Assembly: GCA_963833575.1 (NCBI GenBank)
Contig: CAWHXY010000004.1
Span: 576,001-640,000, forward strand
Source of the DNA: Candidatus Bathyarchaeota archaeon
Lineage (GTDB): Archaea; Thermoproteota; Bathyarchaeia; Bathyarchaeales; Bathycorpusculaceae
Reading direction: 5' to 3'
Length of the DNA stretch: 64,000 bases
This document shows positions 28,112 to 38,002 of this stretch, in pieces; position 1 is the stretch's first letter, and the number at the start of each line of letters is the position of its first letter. Below the pieces are notes generated by a model. The model did no database searches. It worked only from the letters and a program-made list of their open reading frames with translations, and was not told where the DNA came from. The translations under genes and the position numbers were made by a program.

Positions 28112-30847
28112 AGCTTTCAATGCCTGCAAAGTAAGCTTCACAGTCACAACTTGAAAAGCGCCAATTTCCTTGTTTTTCGTCTCAATGCAAAAATTCTTGA
28201 AATCGAAATTGGGCGACAGAGCGGTAACTTTGAATCCGTCCGAAGGAATTATGCCCTCAACTTTGATGAACACGCCTGGCTTCCGTGAGGCGTTCACCAA
28301 ATCGAGACGCATCTCCAACTCTTCGCCAACCATAACTTCTTTACGAACCATCAAATGCGTTTGTAAATTAACATGGGCAAACCTTTGTTCAATTTCTTGA
28401 ACAGCATTCTGCAATTCTTCACTCTGAACCCTAGCCTCCTCAAATCGACCTTCCTTCTCAAGAGCCCAAACATAAAATGTTTTTCCATAAATTTCAGCTC
28501 CGATTGGAGTGGGTATGGTTGGCATCACAACCTCATCAAATAGTCGTTCTTTGAAACATCGGTTTGCGTCTTTCCACTCGCTTTTTCCTGTGAAAAAGAC
28601 TGCTTTGGACAGTGCTCCCTCTACAAACACGTTCTTTTGCACTTCAGCAGGCAGTTTCACGAATTTGTCAAAGTATTCTTCTGCGTGCTTCAAGTCTCCA
28701 AGTCGGGAATATATCCTAGAAAGGTTAGTATATACAATCCCTGGGGCTATGAGATTATCTGTTTTCTTTGATGCCTCCAAAGCTTTCAGACAGTAAGACA
28801 GCGCCTTTTCCCAATCGCCCATAAGCTCATATGGTCGAGCCGAAAAAGCATTTGCATAGACCAACCTGTTATACTCACCCATTTTCAATTTCTCATCAAT
28901 TTCTATAACTTTCGCAAACATCCCTAACGCTTCTTGATTAAGTCCCAAATTGCAGAAGTTTTCGCCTGCTGGCCAGTAGGCCTCCATTTGGAAACGAAAA
29001 TCACCCAGTTCCTCAAAAAGTACAATCGCGCGCAACGACTCAGCTATTCCTTCATAGGAATTGCCAAGCAGAGAATGGTACATTCCCACTCCAACCAAAG
29101 CCAATGCGAAGTCCCAATAAGAATGCTCTTCCTCAAAAATACGCAAAGCATTTGCCATGTCTTCAAGCGCAAGCTTAACATTCCCCTGCCCGAAAAAGCT
29201 GACTCTTCCTCGGTTAATTAGAACTCTTGCGTTTTCTAACCGATCGCATTCAAAATATGGTTCAGCTTTGTTGATCAGTTCCATTAATTGAGGAATATCC
29301 ATGCATTGAAAAGCAGATTCCATTGCCTTTCTTAAAGCGCGCAGCTTTGTGATGCCCGTTTCATTCTTGCCCAATTCCTCGAATGTTCTAATTGCTTCTT
29401 TGAACATGCTATTGGCGTAGTAAGCGTCTCCCAATCCCTCCCAAGCCTTTCTTCTATTTTCAGCGTTTTTAGTATTTCCGGCGAGGCTACCCAAAATATA
29501 AGTGAAGTGTTTGATGGCTTCCTCGTTGCTCCACCTCAGTAGTGCATCTCGTCCAGCGAGAAAGGAGTATTTCACCGCTTTTTCCTTATTTCCCGCTTGA
29601 GCGTAATGAAACGCCAAGTCATCAATTGAGAAACCATTCGCTTCATAGATGCCAGCTTCAATTTTCTCTGCAATCCTCGAATGGTACTCTTTTCTTAGGA
29701 GTGGAGGGATTTCCTCGTAAAGCATTTCTCGAGACTTTTCGTGACTAAACCTGCAGCAGTTTTCATCACAATGTATAATCAATGTGGTTTTTGCAGTCTC
29801 ATTTAGTGCTCTTAGAACGCTTGCATAGTCTTGTAACACTGCGGCAGCGATTAACTTGGGATCAAATTTTTCTCCCACTACAGAAGCTGCATCTAAGACT
29901 ATTCTTTGATCGGATTTCAAGGATTCTAATCTTAGCAGCATCACGTCCTTAATTTTTTTTGGAATTTCAAAGTTATCAACGCGGAGACTCCACTTACCGT
30001 TAGTTTTGATGAGTCTTCCTTGTTGATGCATCATTCTTAGAGATTCCACGACAAAAAGAGGATTGCCCATGGTATCGGTTGCTAACTTTTCCCCAAAATC
30101 TGAGAGCACTAATCCGCCTAACATGTTCTCAGCGATTCTTCGAACATCATCTTGGCTGAGGCTGGAAAGTTTAACTTCTCGGTAGAGATCCTCCCGCCCC
30201 ATTAGAAGTAGTTCTTTGGATAGTGGATTAGGATGACCTTCAATATTTACGTTGAGTCCCTCGCTTCTGAAAGTTGCTATGATGAGAATTCTCTCAGAAA
30301 CCGCTTGGCGGGCAAGATAATGAAGCAACGAAAGAGAAGCTGAATCAGCCCAGTGAAGGTCCTCCATAACTAAAATCAAGGGTTTTTTCGTTGATAAGAA
30401 CAGCAGTTCTTTAGCGATTGCCACAAACACCTGATCCTTCCATACTAGAGGAGATGTGTTTCCAAGTGTCTCGTTTGCTTCAGATTGATTTTTGATAAGC
30501 CATGATTTCATGCTTAATTGCTGATTAGCAATCGTTCCTCCATAGTGTTCATTGCTTGATATGTAAGAGTCAAAGGCTTCCATGAAGGGGAAGTAGGGAA
30601 CTGCGACGTTGCTTAGGCACCAGCCAGATAAGACAGTGACTTGCTTCTTCTTGACGATGTTTAAAAATTCTGTGGTAAGTCTGGTTTTTCCTGCGCCCGC
30701 CTCTCCAGAAATAAAAACGGTTACTCCTTTCCCTGACGAAGCCTGGGCTAAGCATCGTTTCAACTCTTCAAGCTCTTTTTCTCTTCCCACTAGAATTGGT
30801 TCAGCTAAGATTCCAGAAGTCAATTCTTGATTTTGCGCCCATTTCAA
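27611..30847 (-). CDS. STAND-like AAA ATPase with TPR repeats, Ig-like domain and C-terminal wHTH
   Basis: LVGREKEL, GEAGAGKT, MEDLHWAD, GNPLFV, FSH; TPR helices; beta-sandwich; wHTH (ELESRGLVEARFFPGERGRGG). Confidence 0.88.
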   Translation of the reverse strand: MKWAQNQELTSGILAEPILVGREKELEELKRCLAQASSGKGVTVFISGEAGAGKTRLTTEFLNIVKKKQVTVLSGWCLSNVAVPYFPFMEAFDSYISSNEHYGGTIANQQLSMKSWLIKNQSEANETLGNTSPLVWKDQVFVAIAKELLFLSTKKPLILVMEDLHWADSASLSLLHYLARQAVSERILIIATFRSEGLNVNIEGHPNPLSKELLLMGREDLYREVKLSSLSQDDVRRIAENMLGGLVLSDFGEKLATDTMGNPLFVVESLRMMHQQGRLIKTNGKWSLRVDNFEIPKKIKDVMLLRLESLKSDQRIVLDAASVVGEKFDPKLIAAAVLQDYASVLRALNETAKTTLIIHCDENCCRFSHEKSREMLYEEIPPLLRKEYHSRIAEKIEAGIYEANGFSIDDLAFHYAQAGNKEKAVKYSFLAGRDALLRWSNEEAIKHFTYILGSLAGNTKNAENRRKAWEGLGDAYYANSMFKEAIRTFEELGKNETGITKLRALRKAMESAFQCMDIPQLMELINKAEPYFECDRLENARVLINRGRVSFFGQGNVKLALEDMANALRIFEEEHSYWDFALALVGVGMYHSLLGNSYEGIAESLRAIVLFEELGDFRFQMEAYWPAGENFCNLGLNQEALGMFAKVIEIDEKLKMGEYNRLVYANAFSARPYELMGDWEKALSYCLKALEASKKTDNLIAPGIVYTNLSRIYSRLGDLKHAEEYFDKFVKLPAEVQKNVFVEGALSKAVFFTGKSEWKDANRCFKERLFDEVVMPTIPTPIGAEIYGKTFYVWALEKEGRFEEARVQSEELQNAVQEIEQRFAHVNLQTHLMVRKEVMVGEELEMRLDLVNASRKPGVFIKVEGIIPSDGFKVTALSPNFDFKNFCIETKNKEIGAFQVVTVKLTLQALKAGVFNSNPKVVYLDELGKTKTSTIIPVKIHVEPVSSAINGEMVTSVIFDRFEFKSEVAQKAFDCLVRAFVEDYMQRRIAQEKAGWRSLMNIINEGRLSRSSMYGYGGRRGKALIELESRGLVEARFFPGERGRGGKILKLRVAYEKETIKRIIDNRIMNKKNRGFQL

Positions 30848-31086
30848 ACTCTATTTTTAAGATAGTTGTAATGATATAAAAGTACTATTTCAAATTTAGG
30901 AATAAGTTAAAAAATAATTACGTCAATTCACAACACATTCATTTAAAGTCAAGTAATTTGTTTGCAAAATTCTCCTTGACAGAATCAATTATGACTTATT
31001 TGTTAACCTTCTTTATTTTTTGAGAATTAATAAAGCTCGCGCTATAACTAAAATCTAAATATTAGGAATATAAATAAGGGAAAAAC

Positions 31087-32328
31087 ATGAGTACACCACA
31101 ATCTGCTGTCAAGAAAAGGCTTAAAAGCCAATTGTTTGTGCCTGCCTTGCTTTTAGGTATGTTCTTAACATTCACATTTACAGTTTTCTTTAGTAATGCT
31201 ATGGTAAACGTAGCCTCGTCGCTAAAAGTTACTGTGGGAACAGCTAGCCAGATTTTGACCATCAGTTCTTTTGTGGGTCTTGTTGTAGGTTTTGTCATGG
31301 GCGTTTTGACAGTCCGATTCAAGCAGAAGTCATTGTTCCTGCTTGGAGTGGCACTTTTCAGCGTCGGAGCTATAGGTTGGTTTTTCGCCCCAGATTTTGC
31401 CTCTGCACTTTTCTTTAGCCTCTTTCTTGGAATTGGCACAGCAATGACTGGCACAGTTGTTTTCGCGTTAATTGGAGATTTTTTGCCTTTGGAAAAGAAG
31501 GGAATGTCAGTTGGTTTAGCTATGGCTGGTGTATTTATTGCGGACTTGGTTGTGCCTCAAGTAACGAGCGTAATTACGAATGCTGCAGGGTGGCGCGCTG
31601 TACTTTTATGGTTTATCTTTCCATTGTCCGTAGTTAGTTTGCTCTTTGGTTTTTTCATTCTTCCGTCAAAACCGCGGCAGGAACAAACTGCAAATAAGCC
31701 TCAATATTTGAAAACTTTCAAACAAATCTTGCTAAACAAATCTGCACTTGCATGTGTACTTGCAACGGCGCTTATGTGGGTCTCATTCCTAACGCCTGTT
31801 TATGCAGTATCATTTTACAGATTGTTTTTTAAGGAGACTTTGAGCATGGGCGCGATCTTTTATTCGATCGCTTCAGTAATGGGGATTATGGGTGTCATAT
31901 TTGGGGGGCGATTGATTAATCGAATCGGAAGGAAGCCCCTCACCGTCGTGACAGGTGTGATTCAGGGTGTATTCGCAGTTTTGATCGCCTTTATGCCTAA
32001 CCCATTGGCTTCTGCGGTAATGTGGATGATATCGGCTGGTTTCGCCAGTGTAACGATTACGGGTCTCACCAGTTTAGCGCTTGAACAAGTCCCAAGTTTT
32101 CGAGGCACTATGATGTCTCTAAACACATCATTTCAGAACATTGGTCTCATTGTGGGATTGGCTATAAGCAGTTTTGTGCTAAACGTTTACGCTAACAACT
32201 TTCAAATCCTGTACGCAATGTTTGGGATATGTGGTGTAGCCTCAGCCGCCGTTGTGTTCTTGTTTGCAAAAGATCCCTGCAAAAACCAATTGCCCCAGCT
32301 ACCTGATCGAAAACTAACCCAACCTTGA
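31087..32328 (+). CDS. MFS transporter
   Basis: About 12 TM segments, GWRAV, GGRLINRIGRK motif A, RGTMMSL. Confidence 0.92.
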   Translation: MSTPQSAVKKRLKSQLFVPALLLGMFLTFTFTVFFSNAMVNVASSLKVTVGTASQILTISSFVGLVVGFVMGVLTVRFKQKSLFLLGVALFSVGAIGWFFAPDFASALFFSLFLGIGTAMTGTVVFALIGDFLPLEKKGMSVGLAMAGVFIADLVVPQVTSVITNAAGWRAVLLWFIFPLSVVSLLFGFFILPSKPRQEQTANKPQYLKTFKQILLNKSALACVLATALMWVSFLTPVYAVSFYRLFFKETLSMGAIFYSIASVMGIMGVIFGGRLINRIGRKPLTVVTGVIQGVFAVLIAFMPNPLASAVMWMISAGFASVTITGLTSLALEQVPSFRGTMMSLNTSFQNIGLIVGLAISSFVLNVYANNFQILYAMFGICGVASAAVVFLFAKDPCKNQLPQLPDRKLTQP

Positions 32329-32391
32329 ACTAACGGTCGACGAATAGTTAAGACGAAACAAATCCACATTTTCCATGGGGTTAATTAAAAA

Positions 32392-32489
32392 CGGGCTCGC
32401 TGGGATTTGAACCCAGGATTTTCGGCTAACTCCCGCTTCTATGAAGCGTCCGGAGGCCGACGCCTTAATCCGTACTAGACTACGAGCCC
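32392..32489 (-). tRNA. tRNA-Arg(CCG) with 22-nt intron at 37/38 (32428-32449)
   Basis: Acceptor GGGCTCG/CGAGCCC, anticodon arm TCGGC-CTCCGG[intron]A-GCCGA, T-arm GGTTCAAATCC; intron hairpin CGCTTC/GAAGCG. Confidence 0.93.
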
Positions 32490-32534
32490 ACAGTTTACAA
32501 ATCAACATGCCTATTTAATTTAAAGCTAACTTTG

Positions 32535-33038
32535 TTATTCTTGGATTAGCTCTTCATCTATCCACCAAGCCTTCTTTTTCCCAGAACGTTCGCCAGCATA
32601 GTATTCAATTATTGATTTTCCAATTTGTTTTTTTGAATTACGCTGGATTTTTCTGAGCCTGTTGAGTATGAGCCACCTGTTGGTTTTTAGGTACTCGGCT
32701 AATTCAGGGGTCGTTGCGCTTTTGTAGTTTAATATATATTCCATTATTTTATGATCTACGTCATCGATACAGTAAGAATGTGGATTTATTTTTCCGTGCT
32801 GAAATGTGAGCAGTTCCAAATCAGCAAGGTATTTTCTGATTTGTCCAAATTCCTGCTCTATTTTCCCCATTCTCCCTTCCAACGCTAAGAGCTTGTCTGC
32901 TTTAGGTGTTTTCTGCAACTTTTCGCTTATGGCTTCTCTGATAAAAGAGCTACGATCACCTTCAGGAATACGCAACGCCATTTCTTGATAAACTGTTTCA
33001 GGAATCTTCACAGTTACAATTCTTACTTCGCTCAACAT
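32535..33038 (-). CDS. RHH + coiled coil + wHTH transcriptional regulator
   Basis: VTVKIPE...RSSFIREAI; C-terminal HTH ATTPELAEYLKTNRWLILNRL; divergent from the aldolase-fold/FBPase pair. Confidence 0.75.
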   Translation of the reverse strand: MLSEVRIVTVKIPETVYQEMALRIPEGDRSSFIREAISEKLQKTPKADKLLALEGRMGKIEQEFGQIRKYLADLELLTFQHGKINPHSYCIDDVDHKIMEYILNYKSATTPELAEYLKTNRWLILNRLRKIQRNSKKQIGKSIIEYYAGERSGKKKAWWIDEELIQE

Positions 33039-33261
33039 TGGCGCCTCAATAATCTTATGCATCGTCTTATTATTTCATAGTTTCTCTAAAATTTTTAATT
33101 TACAAAATAAATTTGTTTATTAGCTGGCGTTAGCGTAAGAGATTTTTTGGATTAAATATTTACAAATTAATTTTGAAATATCGATTGGCATTGAAATGCA
33201 TAACCGCTAGGGCAATAATATTTATGTGGGAAGCACAAAATAGAGGATACGGTGACTTAAG

Positions 33262-34179
33262 TTGATTGATTGGTCCCAAAAACAGTTATTAATTCTCGCA
33301 TTTGACCATCGAGCGTCATTTCTGGAAAAAATGTTTGAAATTAAGAATCGTCAACCCACATCTGAAGAAAAAAAGGAAATTGAAGATTACAAGAAAATCA
33401 TTTTCGAAGGCTTCAAACTTTCTGTAAAAAAGAAGGTCCCGAAAGAAATTGCGGGTTTGTTGGTAGATGAAGAGTTTGGGAGCGCCGTTCTTCGAGAAGC
33501 TAAAAAAAACGGATTAACATTTGCTATGCCTGTAGAGAAGTCCGGTCAGGATGAATTTGACTTCGATTACGGTGAGAACTACGCAAAACACATCGAAGAG
33601 TTCGACCCAACTTTTGTGAAAGTCTTGGTACGCTACAATCCTGAAGGCGATACAACTTTAAACAAAAGACAACTTCAAAGATTAAAGAAACTCAGCGATT
33701 ACTTGGCACAAAAAAAGAAACCCTTCCTCTTTGAACTTATTGTACCTGCATTACCAGCGCAATTAGCAAAACTTGGGGGATCAAAAGAAATTTACGATAC
33801 AGAGTTGAGACCAAAACTCATGGTAAGCAGCCTAAAGGAAATTCAGGCGGCAGGAGTTGAACCGTCTATTTGGAAATTAGAAGGCGTTGACAAACCTGAG
33901 GCGGCAAAAGCAGTGGTTAAACAAGCACAAAGTAATGGAAGGAAAGCCGGAGTTATAACTCTGGGTCGAGGAGAATCTAAAGAAAAAGTACAAGAATGGC
34001 TGAAAGTCGGAGCCAAAATACCGGGCATCATTGGGTTTGCCGTAGGAAGAACTATTTTCTGGCAACCATTGGCGGATTACAGAGCAGGCAAGAATAATAG
34101 AAAAGAAGCGGTGGAAAAGGTTGCCCAAAACTATATAGAGTTTACAGAGTTATGGCTAAATGAATGTAAAAGGAGCTAA
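33262..34179 (+). CDS. DUF2090 (IolC C-terminal-like, class I aldolase TIM barrel)
   Basis: LAFDHR, PVEKSG, KVLVRYNP, WKLEG, LGRG, GFAVGRTIF. Confidence 0.85.
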   Translation: MIDWSQKQLLILAFDHRASFLEKMFEIKNRQPTSEEKKEIEDYKKIIFEGFKLSVKKKVPKEIAGLLVDEEFGSAVLREAKKNGLTFAMPVEKSGQDEFDFDYGENYAKHIEEFDPTFVKVLVRYNPEGDTTLNKRQLQRLKKLSDYLAQKKKPFLFELIVPALPAQLAKLGGSKEIYDTELRPKLMVSSLKEIQAAGVEPSIWKLEGVDKPEAAKAVVKQAQSNGRKAGVITLGRGESKEKVQEWLKVGAKIPGIIGFAVGRTIFWQPLADYRAGKNNRKEAVEKVAQNYIEFTELWLNECKRS

Positions 34180-34183
34180 AAAA

Positions 34184-35167
34184 ATGACTTCACTAAGATC
34201 TTTATCCCCATCATTAACAAGAATCACTACTGCTGGAGCAGTAGGCGCAGCTCTCCACATTGGTAAAGGAGATCCAGACAAAGTTGACCAAACTGCTTTG
34301 GATTTTTCTAGAGCTGTTTTAAACCAGACTGAAGTAGATGGCGAAGTTATTTGTTGTGAGGGACCCAAAGACAACGCTCCGGCGTTCAGTTACAGAGAAA
34401 AAGTTGGCACTGGAAACGGACCTAAAGTGGAATTTGTAATCGACCAGGTTGACGGTACAACAGCAACCTCCAAGGGAAAGAAAGATGCGATTTCAGCGTT
34501 AGCGTGTGCTCCGGCAGGTTGTTTGCAAGTTCTTCCAGACGACGGATATTATTTCAAGATTGCAACCAACGGCTTATCAAGAGGAAAAATTTCACCCGAT
34601 ATGTCGATTGAAGAAATAGTACAAACCGTAGCTTCATGCAAAAAGCTGCAGCTTCCAAATTTCACGGTAATTATGCTTGAGCGCGAGAGACATGCAGACT
34701 TGCTTAAAAAACTAAGAAATATGGGCGTAAGGATTATTTTGATTACTGACGGAGATATTGCAGGTTCAATTGTTACTTGTTTACCTGATTCAGGTATTGA
34801 CTTGCTTATAGGTGCAGGAGCCGGTGCTGAAGCGACCATTGCTGCCACGGCGGTAAAATGCCTTGGCGGAACTATGCTTGTGAAAGTTTGGAAAGATAAA
34901 AAAGATGATGCGAACCGAATGAAACGGCTAAAAGCTGCTGGCGTCGATGTCGATAAAACATACAATGAAGCGGAACTAGCAAAGGGCAATGAAATGATCT
35001 TTGCAGCTTCTGGCGTAACTAAAGGCGAAATGCTTGATGGTGTACGATTTACTCCTACGGGTGCAATTGTCAAGTCTTTTTGTACTAGGCTACCAAGTGG
35101 AACCATTGAGAGATCAGAAACCATTTTGAAATTTAGCGGCCACCCAGTATATAGTCAAATAACTTAG
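34184..35167 (+). CDS. glpX: Class II fructose-1,6-bisphosphatase (GlpX family)
   Basis: CEGPKDNAP, DQVDGT, RERH, ITDGD, ASGVTKGEMLDGV. Confidence 0.88.
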   Translation: MTSLRSLSPSLTRITTAGAVGAALHIGKGDPDKVDQTALDFSRAVLNQTEVDGEVICCEGPKDNAPAFSYREKVGTGNGPKVEFVIDQVDGTTATSKGKKDAISALACAPAGCLQVLPDDGYYFKIATNGLSRGKISPDMSIEEIVQTVASCKKLQLPNFTVIMLERERHADLLKKLRNMGVRIILITDGDIAGSIVTCLPDSGIDLLIGAGAGAEATIAATAVKCLGGTMLVKVWKDKKDDANRMKRLKAAGVDVDKTYNEAELAKGNEMIFAASGVTKGEMLDGVRFTPTGAIVKSFCTRLPSGTIERSETILKFSGHPVYSQIT

Positions 35168-35325
35168 AAACAATTCATTTCTTTTTTTTCTTTTAGATTT
35201 TCCATAGGATATTTTCGGGAAAACATGGTTTTCATGTTTATAGCAATCAAAAATTGAATGAGGTTATAGCTGGGACTCTTGAATTAAGCGTTTAATTAAC
35301 GAGTCACTTCAAATTAAAACTATGC

Positions 35326-35883
35326 TTATTCAGTGGGTTGACCTGCCAACTTAGCCAAGCAAAGATATCTTTGTTCAACGATACCGAGAAGTTTTTTCCG
35401 TAAATCTTCACCAGCCAAGTTTTTCTTTTTTAGCAAACCCGTTTTTTTGGCCAATTCCGCATCACCTAGCATCTTGAACCAGGCTTCAAAGTCGCCTCGT
35501 TGCATGTGAAAGTCTACTGAGACTATGTCTGCTTTGTCGAGTTTGTGAGCGAAATCTCGCAAGTTATGTGCATGGAGGTTTAGTGGTTTTCCCACTGTGA
35601 CATAGAAATTGAATGCTCTGTCGTGAGCTGCGTAGCCGAGTATTGCTACTGCTTTCTCTTTGCTAGTTTCGGGTATGCCGAGTGCGTTCTTTCCTTTTTC
35701 AGTTATGATATATAGTCCTTTTTCAGGTGAGTTAACATAACCCATCCTTGTGAGTCCTAAAAGATGCATCATAGTTGGCGGAAACTCTTTTTTGCTTTCA
35801 CTAGCGATCTCTATAGCTTTCATTGGTTTTTCATTTAGAAGCATTGTTTCTAGTATTTCTTGTTTGACAGGTGATAAACTCAT
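35326..35883 (-). CDS. wHTH + DUF5752-like domain protein
   Basis: N-terminal wHTH (YIITEKG); C-terminal F.FY..G....A..L..F...S.DFH.QRGDFEAW. Confidence 0.7.
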   Translation of the reverse strand: MSLSPVKQEILETMLLNEKPMKAIEIASESKKEFPPTMMHLLGLTRMGYVNSPEKGLYIITEKGKNALGIPETSKEKAVAILGYAAHDRAFNFYVTVGKPLNLHAHNLRDFAHKLDKADIVSVDFHMQRGDFEAWFKMLGDAELAKKTGLLKKKNLAGEDLRKKLLGIVEQRYLCLAKLAGQPTE

Positions 35884-36042
35884 GTTGTAGGCACCTTGCC
35901 TGTAACTGACTATGCAGAAGGGTCTAATCAAACTTTGCCTTAACTTTTTATAGTCCTTCCGTTTCAAGTTTGTTTTGTTAGATTAAGTAAAGCTTTTAGT
36001 GTAGTGATTGCAAATGCTATGGTAAATCGGTGACAGGACAGA

Positions 36043-37293
36043 ATGAAACTTGCTGTTTTCGTTTATGAATATCCACCTAAAATTGTCGGTGGATTAGGAA
36101 CTTACGCTGCTGAGATAACGAGAAAGTTTGTTTTAGAAGACCACGACGTCACGGTTTTTACTATGAATGATGATCAAGGTTCTTTACCTACACGAGAAAT
36201 TTGGCGTGGAATTGAAATTCATCGTCCATTGCACCTTGACATTTCAGACTCGCTTCCAGATGTTATTGCTGAAGACATTAAGAAATGGGGCAGAGGATTA
36301 CACTTCTTCGGCAAACTTATGGTCTATAATTACTTATCAGCGGCTAAACTCATTAACGAATTAATCAAAAAAGAAGGTATGAAATACGATATTGTTGTTG
36401 CTCATGATTGGCTCTCAGCCATGGGCGGAATTACGGTTAAAAGAGAAACTGGTTTGCCATTGGCTTTTCATGTTCACTCAACTGAGAAAGGGCGAACACT
36501 AGGAAATGGCTCGGGCGTAGTTAGCAACATAGAATTGCGTGCAGGCAAAATGGCTGATATGGTTGTTACGGTATCTTATGCGATGAAAGATGAACTTATA
36601 CAGCTTGGGTTCCCAAAGGAAAAAATTCAAGTAAGCTACAATGGGGTCGACCCACAAAAGTACAATCCGCAAAACGTATCTGCTGAAGAAATTAAGCGGG
36701 TCAGAAACAAGTACGGCATCAGCGATAATGAATTAATGATTCTTTTCCTCGGCAGGCTCGTTGGAGTAAAAGGCGTTGATAAACTCATAATGGCAATGCC
36801 CCACATTGTTTCGAAAATTCCAAACGCAAAACTCGTAATTGTTGGGGTAGGCGAACTTCAAGAATACCTGACAAACCTTACTAGAACCATTCGGCTTGAC
36901 CAATACGTCAAATTCTGTTTTGACTTCATCCCAGAGGAAGAACGAATTATACATTATGCGGCATGTGACGTAGCAGTTTTTCCAAGCCACTACGAACCTT
37001 TCGGAATCGTTGCATTGGAAGCAATGAGCATGGAAAAACCAGTAGTCGTTGGCGCCGCAGGCGTTAGCGGAATGCGTGAAATAGTAATTTGCTGCGGCGA
37101 AGAACAATGCGGTTTTCATATAGATCAAAACAACCCATCAGACATAGCATGGGGAGTAATCAGCGCATTAGAAAACCCTGAAAAACGCAAGGTGCTTGGC
37201 AAAAATGGCAGAAAACGAGTTTTGGCAGAGTTTACATGGAGTAAAATAGCCAAAAAAACCATCTCACTATACGAAACAATTGCAAAAAGCTGA
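36043..37293 (+). CDS. GT4 glycosyltransferase (glycogen-synthase-like)
   Basis: EYPPKIVGGLG, HDW, HSTE, GRL..KG, EPFGIVALEAM. Confidence 0.92.
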   Translation: MKLAVFVYEYPPKIVGGLGTYAAEITRKFVLEDHDVTVFTMNDDQGSLPTREIWRGIEIHRPLHLDISDSLPDVIAEDIKKWGRGLHFFGKLMVYNYLSAAKLINELIKKEGMKYDIVVAHDWLSAMGGITVKRETGLPLAFHVHSTEKGRTLGNGSGVVSNIELRAGKMADMVVTVSYAMKDELIQLGFPKEKIQVSYNGVDPQKYNPQNVSAEEIKRVRNKYGISDNELMILFLGRLVGVKGVDKLIMAMPHIVSKIPNAKLVIVGVGELQEYLTNLTRTIRLDQYVKFCFDFIPEEERIIHYAACDVAVFPSHYEPFGIVALEAMSMEKPVVVGAAGVSGMREIVICCGEEQCGFHIDQNNPSDIAWGVISALENPEKRKVLGKNGRKRVLAEFTWSKIAKKTISLYETIAKS

Positions 37294-37921
37294 TTCAGCG
37301 CTTGATGCTCCATTGACGTATGACTTGAAGCATAGAGTCGCTCGAGAGGCGGCCACTTTGCTTTATTTTGGTGCTGAAAAAGAGTATAAACAAGCAAAAG
37401 AAAAAGCAGCAGAAACCTTAGGAACTCATTTTTTGCCCTCAAATCTTGAAGTGGCTTTGGAGCTAGATAAAATAGCTGAAGAAAATGAGGGCTCAAAAAG
37501 AAAAGAACGCTTAATTGAAATGCGAAAAGAAGCCCTGAAGATAATGAAGCTTCTAGATTCTTACAGCCCTGTTTTGATTGGGAGCGTTTGGCGGGGAACG
37601 ATAAAGCACGGGAGCGATATTGATATAGCCGTTTATGTCGATGATCCCGAAGTAATCGTTAATGCTCTCAAGGTCGAAGGTGTAAAAGTTTTGAAAACTT
37701 CTTGGACAACTGTTAACAAGCGTGGAACAACCTTAGAGTCATTTCACATTTACGGGGAAACTTCAGCTAAACATAGACTGGAAATTGTAGCTCGAAGCAA
37801 AGAAGAAGCAGGGAAGAAGAGAAAATGCGAAATATTTGACGACGAAATGAAGGGTTTAAACATCAAGGAACTCACGAAAGTTCTCGACAACAACCCTTCC
37901 CAGCAATTTATTCCCTCTTAG
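37280..37921 (+). CDS. Nucleotidyltransferase domain protein
   Basis: LIGSVWRG....SDIDI; start codon uncertain. Confidence 0.8.
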   Translation: MQKADSALDAPLTYDLKHRVAREAATLLYFGAEKEYKQAKEKAAETLGTHFLPSNLEVALELDKIAEENEGSKRKERLIEMRKEALKIMKLLDSYSPVLIGSVWRGTIKHGSDIDIAVYVDDPEVIVNALKVEGVKVLKTSWTTVNKRGTTLESFHIYGETSAKHRLEIVARSKEEAGKKRKCEIFDDEMKGLNIKELTKVLDNNPSQQFIPS

Positions 37922-38002
37922 TTCAGGGGCAATTTCTGTTTTTCTTTCAAAAAAGAAAATAAATAACCCTTACAATAATTATTTTTGTACAACTGATGAA
38001 AA

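Larger units (their letters stand above)
24300..32391. mobile_element. Accessory islet at the 3' end of tRNA-Arg(CCG); no integrase present
   Basis: Degenerate copies of the tRNA 3' end at about 24541, 25957 and 26036; dyad sites; a pseudogene; accessory cargo. Confidence 0.6.

Noticed and set aside
27611-30847. Avs or BREX anti-phage system
   Set aside because: No nuclease, TIR or other toxic effector domain and no partner defence genes
32314-32508. 64-aa ORF across tRNA-Arg
   Set aside because: Essentially the tRNA sequence translated; no independent domain or RBS
34549-35124. Long antisense ORFs (also 6720-7166, 12107-12532, 41730-42146, 62371-62730)
   Set aside because: Shadow frames of well-supported genes on the opposite strand
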